Origin: Octopus vulgaris
Lineage: Eukaryota
NCBI GenBank assembly: GCA_951406725.2
Contig: OX597831.1
Coordinates: 41,478,001 to 41,542,000 of the forward strand
Reading direction: 5' to 3'
DNA length: 64,000 nt
The position numbers and the translations under genes were made by a program. The notes beneath the pieces are model-generated. The model ran no database searches and was not told the origin of the DNA. It was given only the letters and a program-made list of their open reading frames with translations. This document shows positions 26,865 through 42,344 of the stretch, in pieces; within the stretch, counting starts at the first letter, position 1, and each line of letters starts with the position of its first letter.

Positions 26865-28873
26865 TTGTGTGTCTGTGTTTGTCCCCCCAACATCTCTTGA
26901 CAACCTAAGGTGGTGTGTTTACGTCCCCGTAACTTAGCGGTTCGGCAAAGAGACCGATAGAATAAGTACTAGGCTTCCAAAGAATGAGTCCTGGGGTCGA
27001 TTTGCTTGACTAAAGGTGGTGCTCCAGCATGGCCACGGTCAAATGACTGAAACAAGTAAAAGAATAAAAACAAAAATAAACTTTAGTAGGTGCATAAATT
27101 AAACATGAGTAGATTGTTTCCAGAATTTTTTTACAAATTTTATTTTGTTGAAAAATGACATGCAAATGTAAACATTCATACCAGAAGTTGACTAATTTAA
27201 TGTCAGAATAGGTTTTTACAGAAAAAATATAATGAAGTTGACTTTTATGTATGCTGGACAGTATAATGCTTACTTTTTCTATAGAAATTTACTAAAACCA
27301 TTGAATGGTTAAATACTTTTTGAAGTTTGATGTTCATGTTGGTAATCATGATCCGGGCCATATTTTACATTACTTGGAATTTATACCTATCACAATAGAG
27401 CTCAGCAATTTCCTTAAATAGATCAGTTTTTCTCTGCTTCATAAGTCTAGCTTGCGTTTACCTCCAGAAAGCTATTGCTCACTTTCTTCGTGTTAGGACA
27501 ATGAGATTCATCACCGCCACATCGCTGCTACCAGCTCTTACTGCATTTAATGCTAATGACAACATCATAATTCATCCTTGTGCATGTAAACTCACTAAAT
27601 GAATATGACTTAGTGTTCCTATAGAAAACTTCATTTACCTTATATGATGCTTAATGTCGTTTCACATTCATGTTGAATTGTGCTGCAATCATATTCTCTT
27701 CATAGAACACTTGTAATGTATGTATTACCAGTTCTTTTGTTATGGTAGATTTTTGCTATTCTTGTTTATGTCTCTTCACAGACATGTATATTCTAACTAG
27801 TCGCTTCTTAAATTTCACACCTCTCTTGTTCAATAAACACTGAATTAAACTTGCAAAGCTGTTTATTTTCTCCTTTTGATTTTGAATGTTTATTTTAACG
27901 GGTTACCAAACTATCAGTTTGGTCTCCCAGCTAAAACAGTAATAACAAATTTTAAAGTTTGCTTGACATTTTATAAGTGTGAAAGGGATTAAAATTTTGA
28001 TACCCCACAAAAGGTTCTGACAAGAATAGGCAGAAAATCAGAGCTTGAGACAAAAAGATACTTTTGACCATCCTGAATTCTGTTTACACAATTAGTTTGA
28101 TTGGTCACCTTTTTCTGCCAGTTCAGTAGAGTGTCATCCAAGCTGACATTTATTGGTAATTAAACTTATTTTGCAATAATTGTGCGTATTTATCAGCGTT
28201 TTTGTTAATAATGATTATCAACAACTGTAATCGTGATTTGAGAAGACATACAGAAGTATGCTAAAGATTGGATGTAATCTCTTGTGGGCAAGAAATGTAA
28301 GATAAAGTTTATTATAAACACAAACACTTTGTAATTTAATAGCTGTTAATATGATACCTGTTAAACCTGTTAAACAGAAATTATTTTTATTTAATGAAAA
28401 TTTAATAAAATCTAACCATAAGTAAGTGATATTATGCTAAATACAACTAAATTGAAAACCTTTTCCTTCTGTCCATATCAGCAATTCTGAAAACTTTTGG
28501 GTGTGAATTTTACATGAGTAGAAGCTTTTTTTTAACAATTATTATCCTGAAAAATCACCTGCGTTAATTACATAGGTGCACAAATTACATGGGTTTTATG
28601 GTTTCCAAATTCTTATATTGTTAAAAAACTATGAATTTATGTGTATATACATATAGGTGTGCATATACATGTGTATATACATATATATGTATATGCGTAT
28701 ACACACATACACACACACACACACACATACATGTACATATACACATTTACGTATTCTATATATGTGATATTTGTATGTCCATATATATATATATGTGTGT
28801 GTGTATACATACATATATATATATATATATGTATGTGTGTGTATATATTTATATAAATGTGTGTGTGTGTGTA

Positions 28874-28933
<60 letters not shown>

Positions 28934-29729
28934 ATCTACCAAATCCACCAAATCCACTCACAAGGCTTTGGTCAGCCAGATGCTATAGTAGAAGACACTT
29001 GCCCAAGATGCCACGCAGTGGGACCGAACCTGGAACCATGTGGTCGAGAAGCAAGCTTCTTACCACACAGCCATCCCTGCACCTAGCTTCTTAGTACACA
29101 GCCACTCTTCACCTATATATATATGCCTATATAGATATTTTTGTATACACATATTGGTTTCTTTCTCTCTCTATATATATGTGTGTGTGTAGGTATATTT
29201 ACGTAACAAGTGTGTATGCTTTTAAAAGCATCTGACCATGTCGGTGTAGGATTTATAAGTCTTCCCCTAGAGTTTCATCTCTGTATCCAAATGGATGATG
29301 ATGGTTGCTGGTTGCTTATATAACATTTCTACAACAATCAGATTCTCTATCTTGTTTGAAGTAGCAGCTTTGAAGAACTGGAACTGTGATGTTGGAGTTT
29401 GACCTCTTATTATACCTAGAATAATGCATATTGTCATTTATGAATGTTTCTTTGAATTAATGATCTATATTTGCTTTATGATGTGGATATATAAATGTGT
29501 GTGTGTGTGTGTGTGCGTGTGTGCGTGTGTGTGCATGTGCGTGTGTTTATATGCTTGTATTACTATGAGTGGTTATATGCATAGTTACGTAATGTAATGT
29601 GTGTTAGTATGCATGTGGTTGTATTTGTTTATATATGTTTATATATGTACATGTTTGTATGTGTATATACAGCCAATATATGTGTATGTGTGTGTGTCTG
29701 TGTGCATGCGTGCGTATATATGCATGTGT

Positions 29730-29817
29730 ATGCATTTCAATATATGTGTATGTGTTTGTAAACATGCATACATACATCTATATATGTAGATATACATGTA
29801 CATATATATGTATACAA

Positions 29818-29895
<78 letters not shown>

Positions 29896-30228
29896 CTGTG
29901 TATATAGGTTTGTGTGTACATAGATGTATATATACATATATAAAATGCATATATGAATGTTTGTATAAAGTAATGTATATGTGTGTGTGTGTGTTTGTGT
30001 GTGTATAAGTATGCATTTCAATATATGTGTATGTGTTTGTAAACATGCATACATACATCTATATATGTAGATATACATGTACATATATATGTATACAAAT
30101 ATATACATATATATATATATTTATATAAATATATATATATATATACACATCTGTGTATATAGGTTTGTGTGTACATAGATGTATATATACATATATAAAA
30201 TGCATATATGAATGTTTGTATAAAGTAA

Positions 30229-30292
<64 letters not shown>

Positions 30293-30305
30293 TGTGTGTA
30301 TAAGT
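29730..30305. repeat. ~280-bp tandem duplication of microsatellite-rich sequence
   Basis: ATGCATTTCAATATATGTGTATGTGTTTGTAAACATGC...GTGTGTATAAGTA occurs at ~29730 and ~30011. Confidence 0.85.
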
Positions 30306-30777
30306 AAATCAAGCTGTGAACCTTTCATATTGCATTTACCAGTGCAGACAACAATGTTTCAGATTTCATTCTGAAATAAAAGCTATCAGTGCTGTCCATA
30401 TATGTATTGTTAAATAAATGTAAAATCTAAGTTCTGTCAATGTTTGTTTTAGACAGCTTAGTAAATAATCACATTTTTTTTTATCGTAGTCTGACTCACA
30501 CTATCTTGCAGTCAATAAATATAACAGATTCTTTATTATAATTTAATAAATTTGTATCGTGCTATAATGTATATTGTACTGAAGCTTGCTTTATTTTATT
30601 TTTCATGAAAGATAATTAAAAAAAATGGCTCCCAGATTACTTTTGATTTAATAATGGACTTTCAAGTTGTAATGGACATACCTACCCATCCTTTTATCTG
30701 TTAAATCACAGGCTCATAATATGTGTGCATGTGTGTCTATGTATGTGTATGTATGTATGTATGTATGTATGTATGTA

Positions 30778-30836
<59 letters not shown>

Positions 30837-31099
30837 ATGTGTGTGTGTATGTATGTATTATGTATGTATGTATGTGTTTGTATGCATGTATGTATGTTTA
30901 CATGTGTATGTATGTATGTGTGTATATATGTTTGTATGTATGTATGTGATTTTTTTAAAAAGCCAAAACAATGTGAGCTTAAGATATGAAATAAAGGTCA
31001 ATGGTTAACATTATTCTTTTATTCTTTTATTCTCTTCTGCACTTCAGCCCATAGGCTGTGGCCATGCTGTGGCTTTTGATGAAGGAAGGAGTTTGACAT

Positions 31100-32400
31100 T
31101 GCTGCCATCTTTTTAGTTTCTTGTCATGATGTAGGTTCGTCTGGGACCTTGGACAGCAGGAGATGAAGTTATTTCTTAAAAACATCTACCCTTACTCCAT
31201 ATAGATACCGCAGATGTTTTGATAAAGTATTAACTAGCTGTGGGCCCTTTAGTCCCAAGCTATTGCAGCACATGGTCTTTACTGTAGATGGGGTGGCTGG
31301 AGCCTTTGGAATGGTGCAGTGTTGTCCAGTTTGGGGTCTGGTATAGCTCTCAATGCCCAAGTTAGGTGCCAACCCCTCCAGGCATTTCTATATGTATATT
31401 CTTTTTTATTCTAGCCACAAGGCCTGAAATTTTTTTTTTTGGGGGGGGGGGCAGTCAATTAGATTGACCCCAGTATGCAACTGATATTTAATTTATTGAC
31501 TCTGAAAGGATGAAAAGCAAAGTTAACCTTGGTGGAATTTGAACTCAGAACCTAAAGACAGATGAAATACTGCTAAGCATTTCATCCAGCGTGCTAACAT
31601 TTCTGTCAGCTTGCTACCTTCTTCTATATGTATATTACTGCATATCTCTTCTGTCTTCACTCCAAGGAATTGAGTCATAACTTTTTTCAGTCTTTCCCAG
31701 TAGCTCAGCTGTTCCATTGATGCAATCTTTCTGGTGTACTTTCTGAACTACTTTCTGGTGAACTACTTTCTGGTGTACTTTCTGAACTACCTCAATTTCT
31801 GCTATTAATTCAACAATGTTGAGAGCAGTAGTCCAGATGGCTGAATACAAATGCCTTCTATAAAACCAGCATTGTTTCCTAAAAGTTCTCAGAATCCATC
31901 TGGCCAACCATTTACACACTACCACCATCTTGGTGAAATGCATGTGAAATGAGGCATTGTTGCTCTTATCAATCCCCAGATCATGTACTATATTTGACTT
32001 TGAGATTGCTGCTCCTTTTGTTCCAATGTATCGTTGTTGCAGCTTGTGAGTACCAGTTAGCTGGTAGCAGAGGGCTTGGAATTTACCTGCATTGAATTGC
32101 ATGTTGTTGTCTTCAGCCCATTTATGTATGGCATCTAAGTCTTTCTGTAGAATATTAGCATTGGAGGGTTCCTTGACTGCTTGTACTACTTTTGTGATGC
32201 CAGTATAGCTAGTAAGTGTGGTTGTGTGTGTAACTGATGCATAACCGAAAGGACCACAATAAACAGCAGGGGCCCAGGACAGTTCCCTGAGGCTCTCCAC
32301 TCACTATTACTGTTTCCTTGGAGAGGGTCCCATTGGCTGCGACAGCCTGGCTTCTGTCTTTTAACAAGTCATGTAACCACTCTCTCAGTTTTCTGACTAT
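31100..32400 (-). mobile_element. CR1/L2-group LINE reverse-transcriptase relic (5'-truncated), interrupted by a SINE at ~31410-31622
   Basis: WLHDLLKDRSQAV...SGEPQGTVLGP, LQKDLDAIHKWAEDNNMQFNAGKFQ, LSYWERLKK, KGPQLVNTL; frameshifts and a degraded YADD motif. Confidence 0.85.
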
Positions 32401-32715
32401 GTAAAGCATAATATGGTATACATGTATGTGTATTCTTTTAATCGTCATTTTAGTAAATAAATAAATAGACATAATATGTCTAAAAGTTGATGTATCACCT
32501 ATTGATCCCCTCCATTTTCTTATTGCTCTCTCTCTGTCTGTCACGCTCTCTCTCTCTCTGTATATATATATACACACACACATAAAGAGAGCGTTTTGTG
32601 TATTTATGTTTTGTGTATTTATGTGCACAAACCTGTAAAATATGTGATTATAATTTAATGATTATGATGATATAATATATATATATAAAATTATATACAC
32701 ACATATATAATACAT

Positions 32716-32796
<81 letters not shown>

Positions 32797-33061
32797 TGTA
32801 TACATATACATATACATATATGGGTACAGGATGTCACCAACAGTAAACAATATGAAATATGAAAACAAATGAGTTGAATACACAAAAAACAAGAGAAACA
32901 CATGGCAAACAGGACAAGTAACATAAGGAACGACCCTTCATCAGTTGTCGGCTGTCTATCTACTCCTCATTTTGAGAAGTTTATCTTTATTTATCTACCT
33001 ACATACCTACGTGCCTGTCTGACTGACTGCCTGCCTCCCTGCCTATCTATCTGTGTGTGTG

Positions 33062-33108
<47 letters not shown>

Positions 33109-33462
33109 TTGTGTGTGTGTTTGTGTGTGTGTGTGTTTGTATGATGAAGATATTTTTTTCTTTTTTTTATCAATGGTGACTGTTTACTTTGCAGTTCTGC
33201 TGATATTGGTTTCTGAAAAACAGAGGAAACAGTGAAAACAGTCTCTGTTTTGAGAAGCAAGCATTATTGACACTTCAAAGTAAACTAAAGTAACCATTGA
33301 TAATAATAAATATCATTGTGACTCTACAATCAGTATTGAGTTCTTTGTTTAGTCTATGTTTTGTGTATTTATGTGCACAAACCTATAAAATATGTGATTA
33401 TAATTTAATGATTATGTTGATATAATATATACATATATATAATTATATACACACATATATAC

Positions 33463-33556
<94 letters not shown>

Positions 33557-33582
33557 AATATATACATACACACACACACATG

Positions 33583-33635
<53 letters not shown>

Positions 33636-34147
33636 AGGTGGTGCTATTAAGTTAGACATGGCCTGAGCCTATACTGGTTAAAATCTATCTTATATATAAA
33701 ATTATATACATATATATATATATATATATATAAAGTATTATGTATGTATGTGTGTAACTTACATACACATATTGAGACAGTCATATATAATATACAAGAT
33801 GATATCTTCCTGTGTACATCTGTCAGTCAGTTTGTTTAGTTAATTATCTATCAGTCTGTTTGCCTGTCTGACCACTTTCATTCTTTTACTGGTTTCAGCC
33901 ATTAGACTGTGGCCATGCTGGTGCACTGCCATCAGTGTATTAGTTGATCATATTGACTCCAGTACAAAGTATTTATTTCATCATTCTGTAACTGTGAAAT
34001 TGCGCCAAAATTGCGTGCCGTAGAAGTGTTTTCTGCTATAGCCCTGGGCCGATCAAAGCCTTGAGTAGATTTGGTTGACAGAAGCTAAAGAAGCAATATG
34101 TGTATGTATGTATTATGTATGTATGAATGTATGTATGTAGATATGTA

Positions 34148-34191
<44 letters not shown>

Positions 34192-34432
34192 TGCTCCAGT
34201 TCACTCAGCTGTAGAAATGAGTTGCGACGTCACAGGTGCCAAGCTGTATCGGCCCTTGCCTTTCCCTTGGACAACATCGGTGACGTGGAGAGGGGAGGCC
34301 GGTATGCATGGGCGACTGCTGGTCTTCCATAAAACAACCTTGCCCAGACTTGTGCCTCAGAGGGTATCTCTCTAGGTGCAAACCCATGGTCAGTGCCTGA
34401 CCGAAGGGGGTCTTTACCCTTATACATATATA

Positions 34433-35684
34433 CAGAGGTTGGTAAAAATAATGGAAACACCTTAAAAGTTCAAACAAATTTATTTTAATATGGGGTAGAA
34501 CCACCTTTGGCAGTAATTACGGCTTAAATTCTACGAGGTATGAACTCGTACAAAGTTTGAATTGTTTCCAAAGGAATTTTGCCCATTCTTCAGCTAAAAC
34601 AGTCTCCAATTCTTGTAGTGATGATGGTGCAGGGTATTGACTCCTTACTTGTTTTTCTAAAAAGCACCATAAATGATCTGGGGATTGTGATGGCCAGATA
34701 AGATGTTCAACTTCACTAGAATGTTCCTCTTGCCATTCAGTAACAACTTTAGCTGTGTGAATTGGTGTGTTATCATCCTGAAAGATTGCATTTCCCTCCG
34801 GAAACAGTTCCACAGCCATAAGATCAATTTAATCAATTAAAATACTTAAATAGTCTTGACTATTAATTCTGCCATGAAAGGAAACCCTTGGGCTGGCAGA
34901 TTTTCAAGATATAGCACCCCAGATCATCACAGATCCTCCTCTATATTTAACAGTTAGAAGAATGCAGTTTGGGTCAAATGCTTCTTTTGGCTGTTTCCAC
35001 ACATATACTCGGTCAGTAGTCAGAAATAGAGTAAAGGATGACTCATTCAAAAAAGGAACATTCTTCCACTGCTCTAGGGACCAATTCTGTAGGTTTTTAC
35101 TCCACTCTAAATGCTTTGCAACGTTTGTTTTTGAAAGTAGTAGTTTTCTGATTGCAGCCCTCCTGTGAAATCTGGCTTTGTGCAGCTCCCAGTGAACAGT
35201 TTTTGTGAAAATTGGGTTCTCGAGGTGGTCATTAAGCTCTGTGGTAATTTGTGGAGCTGTACTTTTGTGATCCTTTCTAATAATTTGCGTAAGAGTCTGA
35301 CGGTCTCTATCTGAAAGTTTTGGTTTTCTTTCAGAGTTTTGTTTCAATGAGTAGGTTTTTCCCTCTTTCTCAAAGGCTGTCATTACTTTCGAGACAGTAC
35401 TTCTTGATGCATCAAACATTTCAGCTGTTTTCATTACACTAGTGCCTGCCATACGGGCACCAACAATTTGACCTCTTTGAAAGTCTGATAGATCTGTCAT
35501 TTTAATGTATTTTAATTACCTTTTTCTGATGATATCTGAAAAGAAATAGCAATTTTAGCAAAACATATTAAGCAACACTAATAATAAATCACAAAAACAT
35601 AAAAATAAACAAGCTTTTGATGGTTTTATAGATATTTCAAAATTATGATGCTATGATGCTAGGTGTTTCCATTTTGTCCAACCC

Positions 35685-35687
<3 letters not shown>
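34433..35687 (-). mobile_element. Tc1-family DNA transposon, near full-length, defective
   Basis: Imperfect ~30-bp TIRs (TA|CAGAGGTTGGTAAAAATAATGGAAACACCT ... AGGTGTTTCCATTTTGTCCAACCCCTG|TG) enclosing a transposase relic. Confidence 0.9.
34485..35500 (-). pseudogene. Tc1 transposase pseudogene
   Basis: MTDLSDFQRGQIVG HTH; FLNESSF (first catalytic D>N), VKYRGGSVMIWGAIS, FQDDN, WPSQSPD-HLW (LNPIE deleted); in-frame stops at 34904 and 34829; frameshifted C-terminus ...AKGGSTPY*. Confidence 0.88.
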
Positions 35688-35732
<45 letters not shown>

Positions 35733-36711
35733 CACTGGTTGACAAGTGGGGGAACAAGCACAGACACACATAAATAGATATACACACACACACACGACAC
35801 ACACACATATATACATATACGACAGGCTTCTTTCAGTTTCCAGCTACCAAATCCACCTACATGGCTTTGGTTGGCCCAAGACTATAGTAGAAGACACTTG
35901 TCCAATGCGCCACATTCAGAAGTAGAAAGACATTTATTAAAGACTGGTTTTTCAGGGAAGAAATAAGGGAGTCATCCTCAGATGAGGTACCTCAAACAAA
36001 TTCTTGACATTGAACAGTCATGGGCAAACTGTGCTCTGTGAGAATTTCTGAATGACATGTTTAATTACCTCAAAATGTCTCAGTCATGATGCCTGTCTGA
36101 CAGTGACCCATGTCTCACTCAGCTCATTTCATGAAAAGGGTGGTCCATTCCTGCCATAGTGTACCTGACACAAATCATTGTCACTAGGGGGCCAGGGGTA
36201 AAAGGATACCTGCCATAGTGTACCTGACACAAATCGTTGTCACTTGGGGGCCAGGGGTAAAAGAATAAGACTGCCTTTGAAAAATAGGAACGGGTCCTTT
36301 TAAAGAGCTTCTGCAAGGTTTTTTTCACCTACCGAATTTCATTCACAGCTCTTTGGGTTAGGCCTGAGGCTGTGATTGAAGTCGTTTGCTCAAGCACAAC
36401 CTCACATGAACCAGTGAGACTGACTCCGAAATTGCCTGGCTGTGAAGCGAACTACTCAACTTATGTACCTACCTACTGTGAGCTAAATACCTTGTACCTA
36501 CCTACTGTGAACTAAATGAACGAATGCAGCAATAAAAGCATTGATTGGCTGGGGGAGGAAATGGTGGTGGTGGGGCGGTGAACGAGGAAAGGTGGAGTGG
36601 AGTATTGAAATAGTGATGGAAACAAGTACGAAAATATAAATCTTCTGTACAAGTGCATATAAATACACAAGTATGTATATCTAACTATATTTGTACATAT
36701 ATATACATATG

Positions 36712-36749
<38 letters not shown>

Positions 36750-37015
36750 CATAAGTATGTGTGTGTGTGTTTGTGTGCATGTGTGTGTGTGTGTGTGTGT
36801 GTGTTTGTGTGTATTAACATGAACATTATCATTTAATGTGTATTTTCCTTGTTGACATGGGTTGATATATATATGTATGCATGCATGTATGATATATATA
36901 TATATCTATATATATATGTATGTGTATATAAATATGTAATGATGATGATACATACAAGCATGCCCACATTTGCACATGCACATATATGTATATATATATA
37001 TATATATACACATGT

Positions 37016-37116
<101 letters not shown>

Positions 37117-37641
37117 TACATACATATATATACACACACATACATGTATACATGCATCGTACACATGTATGTGTATAGATACGCTTTAAGGAGAGGTGGG
37201 GAAATGCAAATTACACCCAAAGATCAAATGGTAAACATCAAGATTAACATCTGTTTAATTCAGATTGAAAGGACAGAATTGATCCCTCAGTCAGTAACAT
37301 GTGGTAGAAAGATCCACCCACCAACCCCTCTCTCTCATACTATACATACATTGCATACACATACATACACACACACACATACATACACATGTATATACAG
37401 TATGTGTATATGCATACACAAATACACATGTATATTTAACTATATATGTATTTATGTATATCTATCTGTCTCTCTATCTATCCACACACACACACACACA
37501 CATGCACATATGTGTGTGTGTGTGTGTGTATATATACATATATAAACACGTGTGTGTTTGCTCATGTATCAACATCAGTTTCATCATTTAATGCCTGTTT
37601 TCCATGTTGGTATGGGTTGTGTGTATACATACATACATACA

Positions 37642-37677
<36 letters not shown>

Positions 37678-37775
37678 TACAGACATATATGTATGTATGA
37701 TAGGTATGTATATAGGTGTGTGTATACATGTATGCCGACATGGAAAGTTGATGTTAAATGACGACGATGATGATG

Positions 37776-37808
<33 letters not shown>

Positions 37809-38359
37809 CACATGTATATATATATACACACACACACACACACATACATATATATATATACATACACACACATAAATCTATGTATGTATGTTGTATGTAT
37901 GTATGTATGTATGTATGTATGTATGTGTGTATCTATCTATCTATCTATCTATATATATATATATATATACATACATGCATGTATATATGCGCACACACCT
38001 ATTCTAGGACATACACGTATGCATATTTATTCATGTACAGGTGTCTTAGTTTGAGAGAGAGAGAGAGAGAGAGAGGTGGCGGGAGGGAGAGAATAAACAA
38101 AAACAAAAAGAATGGGATGTTTATAAAGACAGAAGGACAGACAAACTGTAGTCGTCGTCGTCGTTGTAGTAGTAGTAGTAGTAGTAGTAACTGGAATATA
38201 TATATGTGAATATTTCTCTTATCCATGACACTGAACTCCCAAAATCTATAAATCAATACTGTTCTTGATCAATATAAGAGTTGCTCTATGCAAAGGTTCT
38301 GATATTTACATAGTTTGAAGAAGTAAAAAGGAAAAGCTAAACAAATAGCTGTGTGTATA

Positions 38360-38374
<15 letters not shown>

Positions 38375-38391
<17 letters not shown>

Positions 38392-39110
38392 GGAGAGAGA
38401 GAGAGAGGGGAGAGAGAGAGAGAAGGAGGGAGATAGAAAAGGAGAGCCTGGGAGAGAGTGAGACATGAAGAGAGTGAAAGTGAGAGAGAGAGAGAAAGAG
38501 AAGAGACAGGATGAGAGACCAGTAGAGAAGTGGAGAGAGAGAGAGAGAGAAAAGGAGAAGGAGGGAGATAGAGAAGGAGAGCCTGGGAGAGAGTGAGGGA
38601 AGGAGTGAGATAGAGAAAGAGAGCCTGGGAGAGAGAGAAAGACATGGAGTGGGAGAAAAGTGAGAGAGAGTGAAAGTGAGGAAGAAAGAGAAAGAGAAGA
38701 GACAGAAGATGAGAGACCAGTAGAGAAGTGGAGAGATAGAGAGAGAAGGAGTGAGATAGAGGAGAGCCTGGGAGAGAGAGAGAAAGACATGGAGAGGGAG
38801 AGAAGTGAGAGAGTGAAAGACAGAGAGAGAGAGAGAAAGAGAAGAGAGACAGAGTATGAGAGACCAGTAGAGAAGTGGAGAGAGAAGGAGGAGTGAGATA
38901 GAAAGAGAAAGACATGGAGAGGGAGAGAAGTGAGAGAGTGAAAGACAGAGAAAGAGAGAAAGAGAAGAGAGACATGATGAGAGACCAGTAGAGAAGTGGA
39001 GAGAGAGAGAGAGAGAAGAGAAAGGGGAAAAGGGGATGGAGAAAGGGGAGTGGGGGAGAGAGAGAAGAGGAAGGGGAGAAGGGATGGAGAAAGGGGAGAG
39101 GGGGAGAGTG
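38375..39110. repeat. Polypurine (GA-rich) minisatellite
   Basis: Recurrent GAGAGACCAGTAGAGAAGTGGAG and GAGCCTGGGAGAGAG units. Confidence 0.85.
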
Positions 39111-39729
39111 AATCTTTATCTACAAAGTAGAGAATAGTATGAATCTTATTAATGTCTTGCCCAAACACTCTGTCCTCTTCCTCCCCCTTTCATACACACA
39201 CACAACGGTGGCAGGTGGTGGGGGAGAATGTTTTTTTATCTTGTTTTTACTGCTTTTGTTTTTATTGCTTCTTGTGATCTTGTTGCTATTGTTCCTGTAG
39301 GCTCTGATGTTTTGTTATTGCTGTTGGTTTTCAGCCCCAGGTCATCTCTGATGGGATACACATATGATCAAAAGCATTCCAGTTTTGACCATCTCACCAT
39401 TTTTTTTTTCCTTTTTCTTTTTGCCCCATTCACATACCTACAACTACACCATCAAATGTGTCCTTTGTCCTTTTTCTTAAGACAATAGGGTACGAAATCA
39501 ATGCAATCTGGCTGCTATTTCTAGCTGGTTAAGAAACCCCATAGAGGCTTGCTTATTTTCTTATATAATTTTGGGTTTGGTTTTTTTCTGTTGCCTTTGG
39601 TGCTATTTATGTCAAACTGCAATGTTCAGGTTCAGCTGTACTGGAGTCGCCCTACCATTCTATCTGTCCATCTGTCTATCTGTTCATCTGTCCATTTATC
39701 CATCTATCTACTTAGCTATCACATATCTG

Positions 39730-39762
<33 letters not shown>

Positions 39763-39975
39763 TCCCATTCCCGGCAAGTTTCCTCTAGGTGCCTCCAGAG
39801 TGGAAGCAATATTATTGATAAAGGCCAAAATTGTGCTTTGACCCTCTGGCCAATAACTGAAGTGGAGTTGGTGATCTTTGTTTTCTGTTTATCTGTGTAT
39901 TTAGTATATATTAGTATGTTTATTACTACTACACGTTTTTTTATTAATTATATATATATATATTAATTTTATTAA

Positions 39976-40016
<41 letters not shown>

Positions 40017-40187
40017 ATAGAAATGGTAAGACAACAAAAGAATGAAAGAGACCTCGATATTATGTAAATAGAGGAATTCAGTATTATTTATATATATATG
40101 TATATATATTTATATAATAAAGTATGTGATTGAGTATTATCTGGTAATTGATATTTGATTTAGATGTACTTCTCCATTTTCTTATCT

Positions 40188-40232
<45 letters not shown>

Positions 40233-41044
40233 TTACACATATATATATATATATATTCTTTTATTCTTTTACTTGTTTCAGTCATTTGACTGTGGCCATG
40301 CTGGGGCACCGCCTGTAGTTGAGCAAATTGACTGCAGGACTTATTCTTTGTAAGCCTAGTACTTATTCTATCGGTCTCTTTTGCTGAACCGCTAAGTTAC
40401 GGGGACATAAACACACCAGCTTCGGTTGCCAAGCGATGTTGGCGGGGAGGGTGACAAACACAGACACACAAACATATACACATGCACACACACACATATA
40501 CACACACATACACACATATATATACAACGGTCTTCTTTTCAGTTTCCATCTACCAAATCCACTCAGAAGACTTTGGTCGGCCCAAGGCTATAGTAGAAGA
40601 CACTTGCCAAAGGTGTCATGTAGTGTGACTGAACCTGGAACCATGTGGCTGGTAAGCAAGCTACTTACCACACAGCCACTCCTGTGCCTATATATATATA
40701 ATTGTGTGTATATATATATATATATAAGGTATTAACATCACCTAAATTGCTAGAAATAAGAGCTAAACATTCTAATGCTGCAGTCAAAGCACATAATTTT
40801 ATGCATACATGCTGACAAACCATAATTGTCTGAAAAGCAATGGTCGAGATATCCCCAGATCGATCGATCAGTTTTGGCTTTTTTGCATCCAAGGAAATAC
40901 TGGTTCAGTATCTGATATTGTTGGGGAATGAAATTGCCTTAAAATAATAGGTATATATTAAGCAATAATTTATATCCAGTTAAAAGAAGAAAAGAAAATG
41001 GAGTTAAGGAAGTTAATTATTTATTATTAACGAATTGGTCATGC

Positions 41045-41094
<50 letters not shown>

Positions 41095-41199
41095 ATTTCA
41101 GGATGGTCATTTTTGTTTTTTTGCTAAATAAACACACACACTATATATTTTTTTCTTCACTCATTTATTACTGTTCATATTTTAACTCATGTCCATTGT

Positions 41200-41239
41200 C
41201 CGGAAATCTTTCATCACACATCTGTGACCTCTTCAGCAG
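41200..41239 (-). ncRNA. Minimal hammerhead-like motif
   Basis: Minus strand CTG-CTGAAGA-G-GTCACA(GATG)TGTGAT-GAAA-GATT-TC-CGG. Confidence 0.55.
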
Positions 41240-42301
41240 CACTTTTCGTTTTTGTGCGTGTTCTTGCTATATAATAGACATGGTACACAAATATGCTTTG
41301 TGGTTAGGGTGTTGGACTCATGATCATAAGATTATGATTTTGGTTCCTGAACTGGGCATTGTGTTGTGTTCTTGAGGAAAAAACACTCCATCTCACACTG
41401 CTCCATTCCTATCAGTAATCCCATGTTGTAATCCCTGGATAGACATCCCATTCAGTGGGAAATACACACACACACACACACACACACACCATCCTCCTCA
41501 TCATCATCCTTTAATGTCTGTTGTCCATGCTGGCATGGGTTGGATGTTTGACTGGTCTGGCATGCTGGAAGGTTGCACCAGACTCCAGTCTGATTTGGCA
41601 TGGTTTTCTGCAGCTGGATGCCTTTCCTAATGCCAACCACTTTTCAGAGTGTAAAGGGTGCTTTTGAAACCATTCTTATGACTCTGGAAGAAGCTTTATC
41701 CTTTATTCAAAAAGATGAAAAGCTAAGCAGAATTTGAACTCAGAAGGTTAAAATCCAGAAGGTAAAAATCCTGCTTAGTGTTTTCTTTGATGTGCTAATG
41801 GTTCTTATTTCTTTATTGCCCACAAGGGGCTAAAACATAGAGGGGACAAACAAGGACAGACAAAGGTATTAAGTCGATAACATCGACCCCAGTGCGTAAC
41901 TGGTACTTAATTTATCGACCCTGAAAGGATGAAAGGCAAAGTCGGCCTTGGTGAAATTTGAACTCAGAACGTAGCGGCAGATGAAATACCACTAAGCATT
42001 TCACCTGGCGTGCTAATGTTTCTGCCAGCTTGCCGCCTTCTATGTGCTAAAGGTTCTGCCAGTTCATCACCCCTTCCTTAATAATTGTTTTGAATTTAGG
42101 CACAAGGATAGTTGTTTGAAGGGGGAAGCTGTTAGTTGACTACATCGACCCTTTCCCCACCTCTCGCCAGCAGATGAACCCGGAACTTTTTTTTATCTTC
42201 TCTAAAAGAATAGGAAGAGCAAAGTTGACCTCAATGGCATTTGAAGTCGGAATGTAAAAGCATTTTGTCCATTGTGGTTATGATTGTGTCAGCTTGGTGC
42301 T

Positions 42302-42344
<43 letters not shown>

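Noticed and set aside
27130-28600. AT-rich non-microsatellite block with an HIHVELCCN peptide reminiscent of Helitron Rep
   Set aside because: One weak motif, no ORF, no termini; cannot be supported without a search.
32930-32980. Minus-strand CTGATGAAGGG
   Set aside because: No stem II partner or GAAA...UH downstream; at most a half motif.
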